Below are positions 41,666 to 54,852 of a DNA stretch of 64,000 nucleotides, piece by piece. The position numbers and the translations under genes were made by a program. The number at the start of each line of letters is the position of its first letter. Position 1 is the stretch's first letter. Source of the stretch: an uncultured bacterium (lineage in GTDB: Bacteria; Oederibacteriota; JAAXVQ01; JAUVAV01); NCBI GenBank assembly GCA_963710755.1, contig CAVQBK010000001.1:1-64000 (forward strand), given 5' to 3'. Under the pieces are notes generated by a model. That model had not been told where the DNA came from and did not search any database. It saw nothing but the letters and a program-made list of their open reading frames with translations.

Positions 41666-44116
41666 ATGAGTACTAGTTCTAAAACAAGCAACCATGGTGT
41701 TAGAAAAGAACTGCCGCTTATGCCTTTGCGTGATTTGGTGGTTTTTCCCCATATGATTGTGCCCCTTTTCGTGGGGCGCGGCAAATCGGTACAAGCGCTG
41801 GAAGCAGCCATGCTGGAAAACCGCATGATTGCTCTGGTAACCCAGATCCAGGCCCAAGTGGATGATCCCAACGAAGATGATATTTACAAGGTTGGGACCA
41901 AAGCCCAGATACTTCAGGTTTTAAAGATGCCCGACAGCACTATTAAAGTGTTGGTAGAAGGGCAGGAACGAATCCGTCTTAAACGGGTCATTTCCTATGA
42001 TAAATATCATGCCGCTGTTTTTGAGACCTTGGATAGCCGGATGGAGCAAACCTCCGTTTCCAAAGCGTTAATGCGCAATAATGTAGAATTATTTGAACAT
42101 TATTCGCGGCTAAATAAAAAAATTCCTTCCGACATCGTGGTATCCTTGAATCATATTGAGGACCCGGGCCGTTTTGCCGATATTGTAGCCGCCAACATCT
42201 TGTCCAAGGTGGAGGAAAAACAAAAACTCCTTGAAATAGTCGATCCCAATGAACGTTTGGAAGCCATCTCTAAATTGCTTTCCGTGGAGATTGAAATTCT
42301 TGAAATAGAGCGCCGCATTAAAGGCCGGGTACGCAAACAGATGGAAAGCACGCAAAAAGAATATTATCTCCATGAACAAATGAAGGCCATTCGCAAGGAG
42401 CTGGGGCAAAAAGACGAAGAGAGCGAAAATGAGGAATTACTCAAAAAAGTCACCAAAGCCAAGATGCCCAAGGAAGCTGAAGAAAAAGCCATCAAGGAAA
42501 TCGGGCGTTTGGAGCGCATGCAGCCAATGAGTCCGGAAGCTGCGGTAATCAGGACCTATATTGAATGGCTGGTGGCCCTGCCTTGGGCCGTAGCCACCAA
42601 GGAAAAGCTGGAGCTGAAAACCGTGGCCCGTAATATGGACAAGGATCATTATGGCCTGCGTAAAGTTAAAGACCGTATTCTTGAATATTTGGCAGTACGC
42701 AAATTGGCTCCGCAAATGAAAGGACCGATATTGTGTTTGGTGGGTCCTCCTGGCGTGGGCAAAACCAGCTTGGCCCGCAGTGTGGCTGATTCTTTGAACA
42801 GGAAATTTATTAGAATATCCTTGGGTGGGGTACGGGATGAAGCGGAAATACGAGGTCATCGTCGCACCTATATTGGCGCGTTGCCGGGCCGGATTATTCA
42901 AGCCCTGAAAAACGCCAAAACCAATAATCCGCTGATCTTGCTCGATGAGATCGACAAAATCGGATCAGATTTCAGAGGTGACCCTGCGGCAGCATTGCTG
43001 GAAGTCTTGGACCCGGAGCAGAATCATGCCTTTGACGATCATTATTTGGACGTACCTTTTGACCTGAGCGGTATTATGTTTGTGGCTACGGCCAACGTTA
43101 TTTACAATTTACATCCCACCCTCCGTGATCGCATGGAAATCCTTGATATTCCCGGCTATACGCTGGAAGAAAAAATCAAGATCGCCGAGCACCACTTGCT
43201 TGTCCGTTTGATTCAGGATCACGGCCTGACCAACAAGGATGTGGTAATGCCGAGAGCCATGATCGAAAAGGTGATCACCGAATATACGGCTGAAGCCGGG
43301 GTGCGTAACCTCAACCGGGAATTGGCTACGGTGATGCGTAAAGTGGCCCGCCTGAAAGTGGAAAAAAAGCTGGGGTCAGGGATGAAAAAAATCTCGGCGG
43401 CTGATATTGAGAAATACCTGGGCCCGCCCAAATTCTTAAAACGTAAAAGCGAGAAAAAACACGCCGTGGGTGTGGCCACGGGATTAGCCTGGACAGAATT
43501 CGGCGGGGAGATCCTGATGATCGAAGTAACCCTGATGCCGGGAAAAGGCCAATTGACCCTGACCGGTAAACTGGGTGATGTGATGAAGGAGTCCGCCCAG
43601 GCTGCGGTAAGTTATGCCCGGGCTCATGCCGAACAAATTGGCATTGACGAGCATTTTCACCAGCATACGGATATTCATATTCATGTACCGGAAGGTGCCA
43701 TTCCCAAAGATGGGCCTTCGGCGGGGATTGCCATTACCACGGCCATCATTTCCGCGCTAAGCGGCATTGCGGTTAATCGCAATGTGGCGATGACCGGGGA
43801 AATCACTTTGCGCGGTCGCGTGCTGGCCATTGGCGGGTTAAAGGAAAAATTACTGGCCGCTGTCCGTGCGGGTATTAAAAAGGTGGTTATTCCGAAAGAA
43901 AATGAAAAAGATCTTATTGATCTGCCGGTGGAGGTCAAAAAATCACTGGAAATTCATTCGATCGAAGATATGAGCGAAGTGCTGCCGCTGGCCTTGGTAA
44001 AACCGCTGGAGTGGAATATCGGAAAACGGAGCAATAAACCATTGCGTCTGCCCAAGACCACCGGCACTACCGCTGCCAATAACAGCGCCTATTTAAGCAA
44101 AATCCAAAAGCACTGA
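41666..44116 (+). CDS. lon: Endopeptidase La
   Basis: [17 protein letters not shown]. Confidence 0.98.
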   Translation: MSTSSKTSNHGVRKELPLMPLRDLVVFPHMIVPLFVGRGKSVQALEAAMLENRMIALVTQIQAQVDDPNEDDIYKVGTKAQILQVLKMPDSTIKVLVEGQERIRLKRVISYDKYHAAVFETLDSRMEQTSVSKALMRNNVELFEHYSRLNKKIPSDIVVSLNHIEDPGRFADIVAANILSKVEEKQKLLEIVDPNERLEAISKLLSVEIEILEIERRIKGRVRKQMESTQKEYYLHEQMKAIRKELGQKDEESENEELLKKVTKAKMPKEAEEKAIKEIGRLERMQPMSPEAAVIRTYIEWLVALPWAVATKEKLELKTVARNMDKDHYGLRKVKDRILEYLAVRKLAPQMKGPILCLVGPPGVGKTSLARSVADSLNRKFIRISLGGVRDEAEIRGHRRTYIGALPGRIIQALKNAKTNNPLILLDEIDKIGSDFRGDPAAALLEVLDPEQNHAFDDHYLDVPFDLSGIMFVATANVIYNLHPTLRDRMEILDIPGYTLEEKIKIAEHHLLVRLIQDHGLTNKDVVMPRAMIEKVITEYTAEAGVRNLNRELATVMRKVARLKVEKKLGSGMKKISAADIEKYLGPPKFLKRKSEKKHAVGVATGLAWTEFGGEILMIEVTLMPGKGQLTLTGKLGDVMKESAQAAVSYARAHAEQIGIDEHFHQHTDIHIHVPEGAIPKDGPSAGIAITTAIISALSGIAVNRNVAMTGEITLRGRVLAIGGLKEKLLAAVRAGIKKVVIPKENEKDLIDLPVEVKKSLEIHSIEDMSEVLPLALVKPLEWNIGKRSNKPLRLPKTTGTTAANNSAYLSKIQKH

Positions 44117-44119
44117 TCT

Positions 44120-44740
44120 ATGAGTAGTCCTGAATTTAAATTATTGTGCACGGCGTTTACGCCGGAACAGTTCCCACCGGAAAAGGGCAGTGAAATCATC
44201 TTGATCGGCCGTTCCAATGTGGGTAAGTCGTCCCTTCTTAATCAAATCGCAGGCAAGGGTGCAAAAAGAACAGCCCAAGGGGCACGTGTTTCTCAAACCC
44301 CGGGCTGCACTCAGTCCATCAATTTTTATCACTATAAAGCGGACATAACCTTGGTGGATTTCCCGGGATTTGGTTATGCCCGCTGGCCTGCGCCCCTGCG
44401 ACGGAAGATTGAACAGTTAATCGAGCGTTATTTGTTCCATCGCAGCAATATGGCGTTGATCGTCCATATCATTGATGCCCGCTTGCCGTTGCAGAAAATC
44501 GACAGCACCATGTTGGCTTTGGGCAAGAAATTTAATAAGCCCTACTTGTTAACTTTGAATAAATGTGATAAATTGTCGCGGCAAAATATGCTGAAGAAAC
44601 GCAAGGAAATAGAAGACGTGACCAAGGCCTTTGGCTATGAGGTAAGTCTTTTAACGGCTTCCGCCCTTACCGGCGAAGGAATTGCGGCATTGAAGAGGAA
44701 ATTGCAGGAGGCCGCCGCGACTCGCCAGCAGCAAGCCTGA
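44120..44740 (+). CDS. engB: Ribosome biogenesis GTPase YihA/YsxC
   Basis: GRSNVGKSS, DFPGFG, NKCD; follows lon. Confidence 0.93.
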   Translation: MSSPEFKLLCTAFTPEQFPPEKGSEIILIGRSNVGKSSLLNQIAGKGAKRTAQGARVSQTPGCTQSINFYHYKADITLVDFPGFGYARWPAPLRRKIEQLIERYLFHRSNMALIVHIIDARLPLQKIDSTMLALGKKFNKPYLLTLNKCDKLSRQNMLKKRKEIEDVTKAFGYEVSLLTASALTGEGIAALKRKLQEAAATRQQQA

Positions 44741-44777
44741 TCCGCAGCGCCTTCTTCCAGAAAAGGAGCTTTCATCC

Positions 44778-45926
44778 ATGTTTTACAAAAATCGCTTAAT
44801 GACACCCGGTCCTACGGAAGTGCCGCCAACGGTTTTGGCTGAAGGCGGAAAGCCGATTATTCATCACCGTACGCCCCAATTTCGAAAAATATTAACCGAA
44901 GTGGTGGCTGGCCTTAAAAGGATATTTCGTACCACCAATGATGTGTTATTGTTTTCCGCCGCCGGCACGGGCGCCATGGAATCGGCTGTTATTAACCTAT
45001 GCAGCCCAGGGGACAAAATATTGGTGGCTTCCTGCGGTAACTTCGGAAACCGGTGGGCTGCCATTGCCAAAGCCTATGGGGTTCAATGTGACCACTATGA
45101 AGTGGCTTGGGGCGAGGCTGTAGATCCTAATGAAATCAAAAAGAGGCTGGCGCAGGACCCGTCCATCAAAGCGGTTTTTACCACCTTGTCTGAAACGTCA
45201 ACAGGTGTGGAATCGGATATCAAGGCTATTGGTGCTGAGGTAGAAAAAACCTCGGCGGTGCTGGTCGTGGACGCTGTTTCCGGCTTGGGCGCAACCGCCA
45301 TGGAAACCGATGAATGGCATGCCGATGTGGTGGCCGTGGGCTCACAAAAAGGCTTGATGATTCCGCCGGGCCTGGCCATGGTCAGCATTTCCGCCAAGGC
45401 CTGGGAATTAGCGGGCAAAGCAACCTTGCCTAAATTTTATTTCGATTGGAAAAAATCCCAGAAAGCCATGACTGACGAACCTCTGGCCAATACACCCTTC
45501 ACCCCCAGTGTTTCCCTGATCATGCAGCTCGCTGAATCAATTAAATTAATAGAGGCCGAAGGCTTGGAGGCTATCTGGGCTCGTCATGCCAAAATGGCGG
45601 AAGCTGCGAGAGCGGCCATGCAAGCCCTGGGATTGAAACTGTTCGCCACGGGCAAGCCTAGCAATGCAGTCACTTCGGTTTGGGTACCGGAAGGCGTGAA
45701 TGGCGGTCAGTTGTTTAAAACCATTCGTGATACCTACGGTATTACCTTGGCCGGCGGCCAAGGCCAAGTAAAAGGCAAAATCTTCCGGATAGGTCATTTG
45801 GGCTATGCCGATGATTGGGATGTCATTACGGCCGTAGCCGCAGTGGAACGGGCTTTAAAAGAGCAACATTATAAATTTGATTTGGGTAAAGGTGTGGCCG
45901 CGGCAGAAACGGTGCTTTTCAGCTGA
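44778..45926 (+). CDS. Class V PLP aminotransferase (alanine-glyoxylate/serine-pyruvate family; probable SerC function)
   Basis: MTPGPT, ETSTG, VDAVS, GSQKGLMIPPG, FRIGHLG; adjacent to serA. Confidence 0.9.
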   Translation: MFYKNRLMTPGPTEVPPTVLAEGGKPIIHHRTPQFRKILTEVVAGLKRIFRTTNDVLLFSAAGTGAMESAVINLCSPGDKILVASCGNFGNRWAAIAKAYGVQCDHYEVAWGEAVDPNEIKKRLAQDPSIKAVFTTLSETSTGVESDIKAIGAEVEKTSAVLVVDAVSGLGATAMETDEWHADVVAVGSQKGLMIPPGLAMVSISAKAWELAGKATLPKFYFDWKKSQKAMTDEPLANTPFTPSVSLIMQLAESIKLIEAEGLEAIWARHAKMAEAARAAMQALGLKLFATGKPSNAVTSVWVPEGVNGGQLFKTIRDTYGITLAGGQGQVKGKIFRIGHLGYADDWDVITAVAAVERALKEQHYKFDLGKGVAAAETVLFS

Positions 45927-46018
45927 ACGGCCACAGGGGCATGGCGGAATGATGAAAAAAGGGGTCTGCCTATCCAGCCTGATGATAACGGTGGTAGGAT
46001 TGATAAATGGAGGGAATA

Positions 46019-47605
46019 ATGTTTAAAGTGCTGATTAGCGATAATCTGTCCAAAGAAGGACAGGATGTGCTTAGAAATGATCCTCAAATTGAACTCGATG
46101 CCCGGGAAAAAGTCACCCCTGAGGAACTGCTGGAAATCATTCCCAATTATGATGCCCTGATCATCAGAAGTGCCTCCAAGGTTACCAAAGAAGTGCTGGA
46201 TGCGGCCTGCAATCTGAAAGTGATCGGCCGGGCCGGTGTAGGAATTGATAATATCAATATTCCCGAAGCTACGCGCCGCGGGATTATAGTTATGAACACG
46301 CCGGATGCCAATACCATTTCCACGGCGGAGCATACGTTTTCCATGATGATGGCCGTATCCAGAAACATTCCTCAGGCCGATGCCTCCATGAAAGCAGGCA
46401 AGTGGGAACGCAAGAAATTCATGGGTACCGAAGTCTATGGTAAAACGTTGGGCGTCATCGGGTTGGGCCGTATCGGCACGGAATTGTCCAAACGCGCTCA
46501 GGCCTTTGGTATGACCGTTATTGCCAATGATCCATTTCTCACTGAAGAAAAAGCGGAACAATTAAATGTCCAACTGGGGACGCTGGATGAAATTTATTCC
46601 CAAGCCGACTATATCTCGGTACATACTCCCAAAAACAAAGATACAGAAGGCATGATCAATAAAGCTGCTTTTGGAAAAATGAAAAAAAACTGCCGCGTGA
46701 TCAACTGCGCCCGTGGTGGTATTATCAACCAGAACGATTTAAAAGAAGCCCTGCGCCATGGTACAATCGCCGGGGCGGCCCTGGATGTTTATAATGAAGA
46801 ACCGCCACAGGATCAGGAATTGGCCACCCTGACCAATTTGATTATGACCCCCCATTTGGGGGCTTCCACGGAAGAGGCTCAGATCAATGTTGGTATCATC
46901 ATGGCGGAACAAGTGATCGATGCGTTAAAGGGCGGCCTGATAAGAAATGCCGTTAATATTCCTTCAGTTCCGCCCGAGGTGTTGAAAGAAATAGCGCCTT
47001 ATTTGGAATTGGCGGAAAAGTTGGGACGCATTCAGGGTCAACTGATGGATGGCCAGCTTAAAAAGATGACAGTGGAATTTGCCGGCGAAGTGTGTAATTA
47101 TCCCACGGATTTAATGAGTGTATCCGCAGTCAAGGGTCTGCTTTCCAACATACTCTCCGAATCGCTGAATTTTGTGAATGCCCGCTTTGTTGCCAAAGAA
47201 CGGGGCATAGAGATCACGGAAACCACCAAAAAAGAGGCCGTGGATTTTACCAGCACCATTACGGTCAAAGTGGAAACTTCCAAGGAAACTCAGGAAATCA
47301 CGGGAACCGTGATCGGCAATAAACGGGAACCCTATGTGGTGTCGGTTATGGGCTTTCACACGGATTTTATTCCCAAAGGAAATTTACTCTTTTATTTGCA
47401 CCGTGATGAGCCGGGTATCGTGGGTCGCATGGGTTCCATACTGGGCAATGAAAAGGTCAATATTGCTGCCTTGCACATGGGAAGAAACAAAATAGGTGGC
47501 CAAGCCGTAAGCATTCTCAATGTGGATTCGGAAGTACCCCAAGCCATAATTGAAAAATTGGCGGAAACCGGCCAAATCAGCAAAATTAAATTAATTAAAT
47601 TATAG
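46019..47605 (+). CDS. serA: D-3-phosphoglycerate dehydrogenase
   Basis: GRAGVGIDN, GLGRIG, PHLGASTEEAQ, C-terminal ACT domain. Confidence 0.97.
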   Translation: MFKVLISDNLSKEGQDVLRNDPQIELDAREKVTPEELLEIIPNYDALIIRSASKVTKEVLDAACNLKVIGRAGVGIDNINIPEATRRGIIVMNTPDANTISTAEHTFSMMMAVSRNIPQADASMKAGKWERKKFMGTEVYGKTLGVIGLGRIGTELSKRAQAFGMTVIANDPFLTEEKAEQLNVQLGTLDEIYSQADYISVHTPKNKDTEGMINKAAFGKMKKNCRVINCARGGIINQNDLKEALRHGTIAGAALDVYNEEPPQDQELATLTNLIMTPHLGASTEEAQINVGIIMAEQVIDALKGGLIRNAVNIPSVPPEVLKEIAPYLELAEKLGRIQGQLMDGQLKKMTVEFAGEVCNYPTDLMSVSAVKGLLSNILSESLNFVNARFVAKERGIEITETTKKEAVDFTSTITVKVETSKETQEITGTVIGNKREPYVVSVMGFHTDFIPKGNLLFYLHRDEPGIVGRMGSILGNEKVNIAALHMGRNKIGGQAVSILNVDSEVPQAIIEKLAETGQISKIKLIKL

Positions 47606-47614
47606 AAAAGGTAA

Positions 47615-48910
<1,296 letters not shown>

Positions 48911-48920
48911 ACTTTTTTGT

Positions 48921-48996
48921 GAGCCGGTAGCTCAGTTGGTAGAGCACCGCCCTTTTAAGGCGGCCGTCCTGAGTTCGACCCTCAGCCGGCTCACCA
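48921..48996 (+). tRNA. tRNA-Lys(TTT)
   Basis: CCGCC-CT-TTT-AA-GGCGG arm; CCA. Confidence 0.93.
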
Positions 48997-49089
48997 AAAA
49001 AAATATAATACCTCCCCTAATAATTCCTTTAAAACAAACTTAAAATACATATCCCGGCAAAATAAACCTACAAAATACCAAAAAAATAT

Positions 49090-49118
49090 TTGACAAAAAA
49101 CATATAGCGCTATAAATT
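49090..49118 (+). promoter_or_regulatory. Sigma70-type promoter upstream of the TPR gene
   Basis: TTGACA-17 nt-TAAATT with an A-rich upstream tract. Confidence 0.6.
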
Positions 49119-49181
49119 TAATAAGTAGGCATACGATCATCATTATTTATACATCTTTGAGGGATAGAAAGAAGGCCGATC

Positions 49182-51149
49182 ATGTTGTGCTTTTGTCGGC
49201 ACAAGGCAAATTCAGGGGCATTATTCATTCTGCTCATTGCTGTTTATTTTTTTTGGACACCCACCACCCATGCCCTTGACAAACAATTACAATCACTTAT
49301 AAATTTGACCCAGGCTCAACCCAACGATGCCAATGCGTATTTTAATCTGGGGGTTTATTATTTCCAAAACAGTCAATTTTCTGAAGCCCTGGCCCCCTTA
49401 TCCAAAACAGTAGAGCTGAATCCACAAGATGATGAAGCACATGTGGTACTGGGTGCCGTCTATTTACAGGTCGGTAAAAATGACCGTGCGGAAAAAGAAT
49501 TCAAACAAGCCCTGAAAATCAATCCCAAAAACATTGATGCACAAAATAATTTGAGTTTGGTTTACTTTACTCAGGAGCGCTACAACGATGCTGTCACCAA
49601 CTATCAGCTGTCTTTGAAAATTGATCCTAATAATATTCCAGCGCTCAACAACTTGGCCAATGTTTATGTAAAATTGAACAAGGCGGACGAAGCTGTTGAC
49701 TTATACAAACGGGTCATTAAATTACGGCCTGATGATGCCCAGCTCTATGACCGTCTGGCCCAGCTTTATTTTGACAACAACCGTTATGATGATGTGATCC
49801 GGATGTATGACCATAGCAAGGGTGAAATACCGGATAATGATAAAATGTTTACCAATTTGGGCTTTGCTTATTTGTACAAAAATGATTTGAAAGACGCCAA
49901 CCGTTATCTGCAAAAGGGCCTGGGGCTCAATCCCGGCAATCCGGAAAACTACTATGGGTTGGGACTGATTGCCTACCGGCAAGCCAACCTGGATTTGGCA
50001 GTGCATCAATTCAAGGAAGCTCTGAAAATTAAAAAGACCCATGAACCCTCCCTTTTTCAATTGGCCATTACTTATGAAGATAAAGGGGATTACAGCCATG
50101 CCCTTTATTACTATAAAAAACTCTACCGGATCAATCCCAAGAATTATCGGGTGTTGAAAAATTACAAGGCCGTGAAAGCCAAAGCTATTGATTACTTTCT
50201 GCGTAAAGGCAGCAAAGCCTATTTTAACAATGAATATCCGGAAGCTGTTAAAAACTGGAAAATCGTGCTTAAACTGGACGTCAAAAATAAAAATGCGCAA
50301 AAATTTATCCGCACCGCCAATCTCAAGTTATCCAACATGATCAAAGAACACAATGATCTTGCCGATTCTTATTACCGGCAGGGCCGGCATCAGGATGCCT
50401 ACCGCGAATGGCGCGGCGTGCTGGTGATGGATCCTAAAAATGCTCAGGCGCAACAGGGTATTAAAAAAGTTCGACTAAAACAAAACGAGAAGGATGAGAT
50501 TATCACCGCCGGCGCTATGGCCAAATTCAAGTCCGGTGATTTAAATACGGCTTTAAAAGAACTCAAAGAACAATTGAAAAATTCCCCCAAAAATGCCATG
50601 GCCGAAAACTATGTTTCCAGGATTCAGACCCAGAAAAAGAAGGGGACCGAAGAAAATTACCGCACCGGTGTTCAGTTGCTTTCCAAGGGTAAATACCGGG
50701 AGGCCATAAAATTTTTGGAGTCAGCTGCCGAAGCTGATGCCAAGGATCAGAGTATCAAGAATTTACTCTACAAGGCCCGCACCCAATTAAGGGAAAATAT
50801 CAAGGCTTTACTGGCCCGGGGTGATGAATTGGCCAACGCCGGACGGGTGGCGGAATCCAAAGGCAAGTACACTGAAGTGTTAAAATTAGATCCCAACAAT
50901 AATGAAGCCAGCGAAAAGATCGCCGCTTTGACCGGCAAAGTCGCTACGGTCACGGTGAGCAAGGAAGAAATTAAGAAATTATATTATGACGGCGTTTCCT
51001 TGTATCTGGATGGCCAGAATAAAAAAGCTATTGAAGTATGGCAAAAGATTCTTGTGCTTGATCCCAATAATCAGGAAGCGAAGAGTTCTATCACCAAAGC
51101 GGAAATGGAATTAAAAGAAATGGAAAAACGCGGTATCAAGGCCGACTAA
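49182..51149 (+). CDS. Exported tetratricopeptide repeat protein
   Basis: Signal peptide; many TPR motifs (AYFNLG...ALKINP). Confidence 0.9.
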   Translation: MLCFCRHKANSGALFILLIAVYFFWTPTTHALDKQLQSLINLTQAQPNDANAYFNLGVYYFQNSQFSEALAPLSKTVELNPQDDEAHVVLGAVYLQVGKNDRAEKEFKQALKINPKNIDAQNNLSLVYFTQERYNDAVTNYQLSLKIDPNNIPALNNLANVYVKLNKADEAVDLYKRVIKLRPDDAQLYDRLAQLYFDNNRYDDVIRMYDHSKGEIPDNDKMFTNLGFAYLYKNDLKDANRYLQKGLGLNPGNPENYYGLGLIAYRQANLDLAVHQFKEALKIKKTHEPSLFQLAITYEDKGDYSHALYYYKKLYRINPKNYRVLKNYKAVKAKAIDYFLRKGSKAYFNNEYPEAVKNWKIVLKLDVKNKNAQKFIRTANLKLSNMIKEHNDLADSYYRQGRHQDAYREWRGVLVMDPKNAQAQQGIKKVRLKQNEKDEIITAGAMAKFKSGDLNTALKELKEQLKNSPKNAMAENYVSRIQTQKKKGTEENYRTGVQLLSKGKYREAIKFLESAAEADAKDQSIKNLLYKARTQLRENIKALLARGDELANAGRVAESKGKYTEVLKLDPNNNEASEKIAALTGKVATVTVSKEEIKKLYYDGVSLYLDGQNKKAIEVWQKILVLDPNNQEAKSSITKAEMELKEMEKRGIKAD

Positions 51150-51269
51150 TAGCTTGCTGCAATAAGACACCAATGACGATAGCCTCACAAGGCAGCTTGA
51201 GGATTGTTGTTCACTCGATTCGGATAAAGACCACCAAGAAACGAGATAAATTCAAAAAGGACCATCACT

Positions 51270-52796
51270 ATGACCACATCGCCCAATCAGTCTGTCCCGG
51301 AACACCCCCCTAAAAAAACAGGCAGTCTGAGATTAAAATTCGGGCTTTCCATTACCCTGCTGCTTACTCTGACGATTATCTTCATTACCTTTTTTGCCTT
51401 GCAAGGTGAACAAAACGCGCTTCGCCAGGAGATGGAGCAACGCGGTATTACCATTGCTAAAAACATGGCCAACAATGCCGCCAAACCGTTGCTGCGAAGC
51501 GAGATTCTGCTCCTGGCCTCCCTGGTCAACGATGCCATGGGCAACAATGGTGTACTGTATGTCACCATTGTGGATGAAAACGCCATGACCGTGGCCCATA
51601 ATAAAATTTCTGAATCGGGCAAGCCCTATGTGCCGCCATCATCGGTGATCCAACCGCTTAGTAATCAGAAAATTCTTATTTCCAGTGTGTTCACTTATAA
51701 AAACACCAAGACCATTGATATTGCGGTCCCGGTTTTGCTGCAAGACCGGGCCAAACTGGGGGAAGTTCATGTCGGCCTGTCCCAGGCCGCCATTGACGAT
51801 GCCATTAGCAATGCGGTTATGCGTATTATCGTTCTGGCCATTATTCTGATTGTGGCAGGGATCCTGGTTACCATGATTCTGGTCAGTGTTATTGTACGGC
51901 CTATTAAAGCGTTGGAACAAGGGGCGGAAATCATCGGTCAGGGCAACTTGGATTTTACCATTGCGGTCAATAGTAATGATGAAATCGGCAATTTGGCCCG
52001 TTCTTTTAACCGTATGACCGGCGATCTGAAGTTGGCCCAAAAGGATTTGATTGAAAAGGAAAAAATGGAGCAGGAATTGGAGACAGCCAGAAAAATCCAG
52101 GCAGTGTTATTACCCAGCGGTGATCCCCAAATCGAGAATTTTGAAATTGTTTCCTATTACAATAGTGCCAAAGAAGTGGGCGGAGATTACTATGATTTTC
52201 ATGAAATAGATCAACGTTTGCTGGGATTAACCGTAGCCGATGTCTCCGGCAAAGGCATCCCCGGGGCCTTGGGCATGGTCATGACGCGAAGTATTTTACG
52301 GTCACAAATTCATTTGGCCAGCGCCGGTAAAACCATCTCCAAAACCAATTCCTTACTTTACCATGACATCAAGCGGGGCATGTTCGTGACCATGCTTCAC
52401 GCCATTCTGGACCTGGAAAAGAAAACACTCGATTGCGCCAATGCCGGGCATAACCCGTTGATGATTGCCCACAAGGACGGCAAGGTTGAAGCCTTGCAGC
52501 TTTCCGGCATGGCCCTTGGCCTGGATAAAGGCGGACGTTTCGACAAAAAGATGGGCACCCAATCGGTGAAATTAGCCTCTGGTGACGTGTTCATCATGTA
52601 TACCGACGGCTTGACGGAAGCCATGAATCCAAAGGAAGAGGAATTTGAAGAACAACGCTTGATGGACGTTTTGGGTCGAAATGCCCATTTAAGTGCCAGA
52701 GAAATTTCCGATAATATCATCAAAGCTTTAAAAGATTTTACGGCCGGCGCCGCTCAATTTGACGACATGACCATGCTGACCGTCAAGGTGCTTTGA
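51270..52796 (+). CDS. Membrane SpoIIE/RsbU-family phosphatase with HAMP domain
   Basis: 2 TM, HAMP, VGGDYYD, ADVSGKG, YTDGLTEA, DDMT. Confidence 0.93.
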   Translation: MTTSPNQSVPEHPPKKTGSLRLKFGLSITLLLTLTIIFITFFALQGEQNALRQEMEQRGITIAKNMANNAAKPLLRSEILLLASLVNDAMGNNGVLYVTIVDENAMTVAHNKISESGKPYVPPSSVIQPLSNQKILISSVFTYKNTKTIDIAVPVLLQDRAKLGEVHVGLSQAAIDDAISNAVMRIIVLAIILIVAGILVTMILVSVIVRPIKALEQGAEIIGQGNLDFTIAVNSNDEIGNLARSFNRMTGDLKLAQKDLIEKEKMEQELETARKIQAVLLPSGDPQIENFEIVSYYNSAKEVGGDYYDFHEIDQRLLGLTVADVSGKGIPGALGMVMTRSILRSQIHLASAGKTISKTNSLLYHDIKRGMFVTMLHAILDLEKKTLDCANAGHNPLMIAHKDGKVEALQLSGMALGLDKGGRFDKKMGTQSVKLASGDVFIMYTDGLTEAMNPKEEEFEEQRLMDVLGRNAHLSAREISDNIIKALKDFTAGAAQFDDMTMLTVKVL

Positions 52797-52979
52797 GCCG
52801 ATGCGGAGGACTTTTTTTTAGGTATCGGAAGATAAGGTTGTCAGCCAGTAATGTTGAGATCAGGTATCGCTAAAAAACCATAGGGGAAGGGCATGAACGT
52901 AGCTGCGAGTTCAAAAAATGCTTTCTTTACAAAGGTTTTTGTGGTAAACTGCCTCCCTAATTGTAGGCGGAGGTGAGGG

Positions 52980-53336
52980 ATGAAGAAGATCAATGTGAAT
53001 GTTAAAGCATCTGATTTCAACCCGGCATGTACGGTGGTGGACGTTGAAGGATTCCTGGACGCCTATACCGTAGCCGAGCTGGAGGAAGCTTTTAACAACC
53101 TCATAAAAGAAAAGAAATTCAAACTGATCGTGAATTTAGCCAAATTGGATTATATCAGCAGCGCCGGCTTGGGGACATTTATGGGCGTGATCGATGAAAT
53201 CCGGGACAACGACGGTGATATTGTCTTAACCAATCTGTCGCCCAAAATTTACAAAGTGTTTGATCTGCTCGGGTTCTCAGAGTTGTTCGAAATCGTGGAC
53301 AACGAAACGGAAGCTGTGGCTAAATTTGCCGAATGA
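52980..53336 (+). CDS. Anti-sigma factor antagonist (STAS, RsbV-like)
   Basis: LDYISSAGLG; GGAGGTGA RBS. Confidence 0.93.
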   Translation: MKKINVNVKASDFNPACTVVDVEGFLDAYTVAELEEAFNNLIKEKKFKLIVNLAKLDYISSAGLGTFMGVIDEIRDNDGDIVLTNLSPKIYKVFDLLGFSELFEIVDNETEAVAKFAE

Positions 53337-53397
53337 GAACGATTGCGGCCAGCCAACTTCTGTTAATCCGGGATCCTTACTGTCACGAGGACCACTA

Positions 53398-54633
53398 ATG
53401 AACAGACTTGGTGTTCGCTCGCATTATTTGGATGAACATAAAGAAATCATTGTCATTGAACCCGCGGGTGTACTGGATCACGAAACATTTCCTCAACTAG
53501 AAGCTGTCATTCAAACTTACCTGGAACAAGAACAACCGAAATTCATCCTAGACCTTAAATTTTTACAGGTTCTTACCCCTTACGCCTTGGGATTTTTAAA
53601 TGGGTTGCTAAAATTTATTCGACTTCACCAAAGTGATTTGGTTTTTCTCGGAAGCGGACCTCATATTAAAAAGGATGTGCTGGAAGCCTATAAGACGCAG
53701 CATATCAAAGTTTTTGCCAGTATGGAGGAGGCCCGGGAATATATTATCTACAACAAACCAACGGCAGGATATCATCATTTTAAGATTAGTCCGGCTACCA
53801 AATCGGTTGTTTCCGGCGTACCTTTTCAATGCCGCATTGAAGCCATCGATCCCTTGGGAGAGCGTGTGCCCAATTATGCAGGCGTTCTCCATGTGATTGT
53901 TGATGCCGGTATGGTTTATCCCAGCATGATCAATACCTTGAAAAATGGCGTTTGGGAAGGAAAAATGATTGTCACCAAACCCGGCAATGTCAGAATCCGA
54001 GTATGGGACGATGATGGCGCCGGCACCACCGAGGTGGCTGTTCGGATGGAAGGTCAGGAAGTCGAATTTCCCATTGCAGTGAATTGTCCTGGTTGTCATA
54101 TGGGCAATGTGGCTGGTAAAACCGATGTCTTTCGATGCATTCACTGCAATGCAATTTATTTTGTGGATAAGTATGGACACATCATTCCTTTGCGTCCGGG
54201 CCAAACCAGTGGCGAGGGAATCATCAAACGTCTTGAATTTGTTATGCCCAGCGATGTTAATTACCTAAATCATGTCCGGAATTTTATTGTGGGGATTTCA
54301 TCAGAAGAAAGAATTGATGATGAGAAAATATCCCAAATTGAAATGTCTTTAGATGAAGCTTTGGCCAATATTATCGAACACGCTTATTCCTATGACGCCT
54401 ACCAACAAATCAATATTATTGTGACTTTATATAAAAATCAACTGGAGATCGTGTTGCGTGATCAAGGCCGTTCATTTGACAGTAAAAATACACCTCTGCC
54501 GGACCTGAAAAAGCACATCGAAGAACGGCGGGTTGGCGGCCTGGGCCGGTATTTGATGAAGACCTTGATGGATGATGTCGATTATAAAAGCGACGGACGG
54601 TTTAATGAACTGCGCATGGTGAAAAAATTCTAG
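53398..54633 (+). CDS. STAS-like/Zn-ribbon/RsbW-like anti-sigma kinase fusion
   Basis: Degenerate N-terminal STAS; CPGC..CIHC; DEALANIIEHAY, DQG, GGLGRYLM..LMD. Confidence 0.85.
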   Translation: MNRLGVRSHYLDEHKEIIVIEPAGVLDHETFPQLEAVIQTYLEQEQPKFILDLKFLQVLTPYALGFLNGLLKFIRLHQSDLVFLGSGPHIKKDVLEAYKTQHIKVFASMEEAREYIIYNKPTAGYHHFKISPATKSVVSGVPFQCRIEAIDPLGERVPNYAGVLHVIVDAGMVYPSMINTLKNGVWEGKMIVTKPGNVRIRVWDDDGAGTTEVAVRMEGQEVEFPIAVNCPGCHMGNVAGKTDVFRCIHCNAIYFVDKYGHIIPLRPGQTSGEGIIKRLEFVMPSDVNYLNHVRNFIVGISSEERIDDEKISQIEMSLDEALANIIEHAYSYDAYQQINIIVTLYKNQLEIVLRDQGRSFDSKNTPLPDLKKHIEERRVGGLGRYLMKTLMDDVDYKSDGRFNELRMVKKF

Positions 54634-54852
54634 AAGGGTTATTGCTTGTTCTTTGGAACTGGGGGGCGGCAAGGAATTCCGGGCTATTAAAACCTTATTT
54701 AATAACCCGCCGGCGCTGGGCATGCTGCAATTTCCGGCAATAAAACCAAAAGGCATCACAGTTCCTTGGAAATGATTGACAGGGTGCCAGAACGTTAATC
54801 TATGCGAATTCCACCATTTACGCGTGCAGATCATGGAAGAGGAAAAATCATC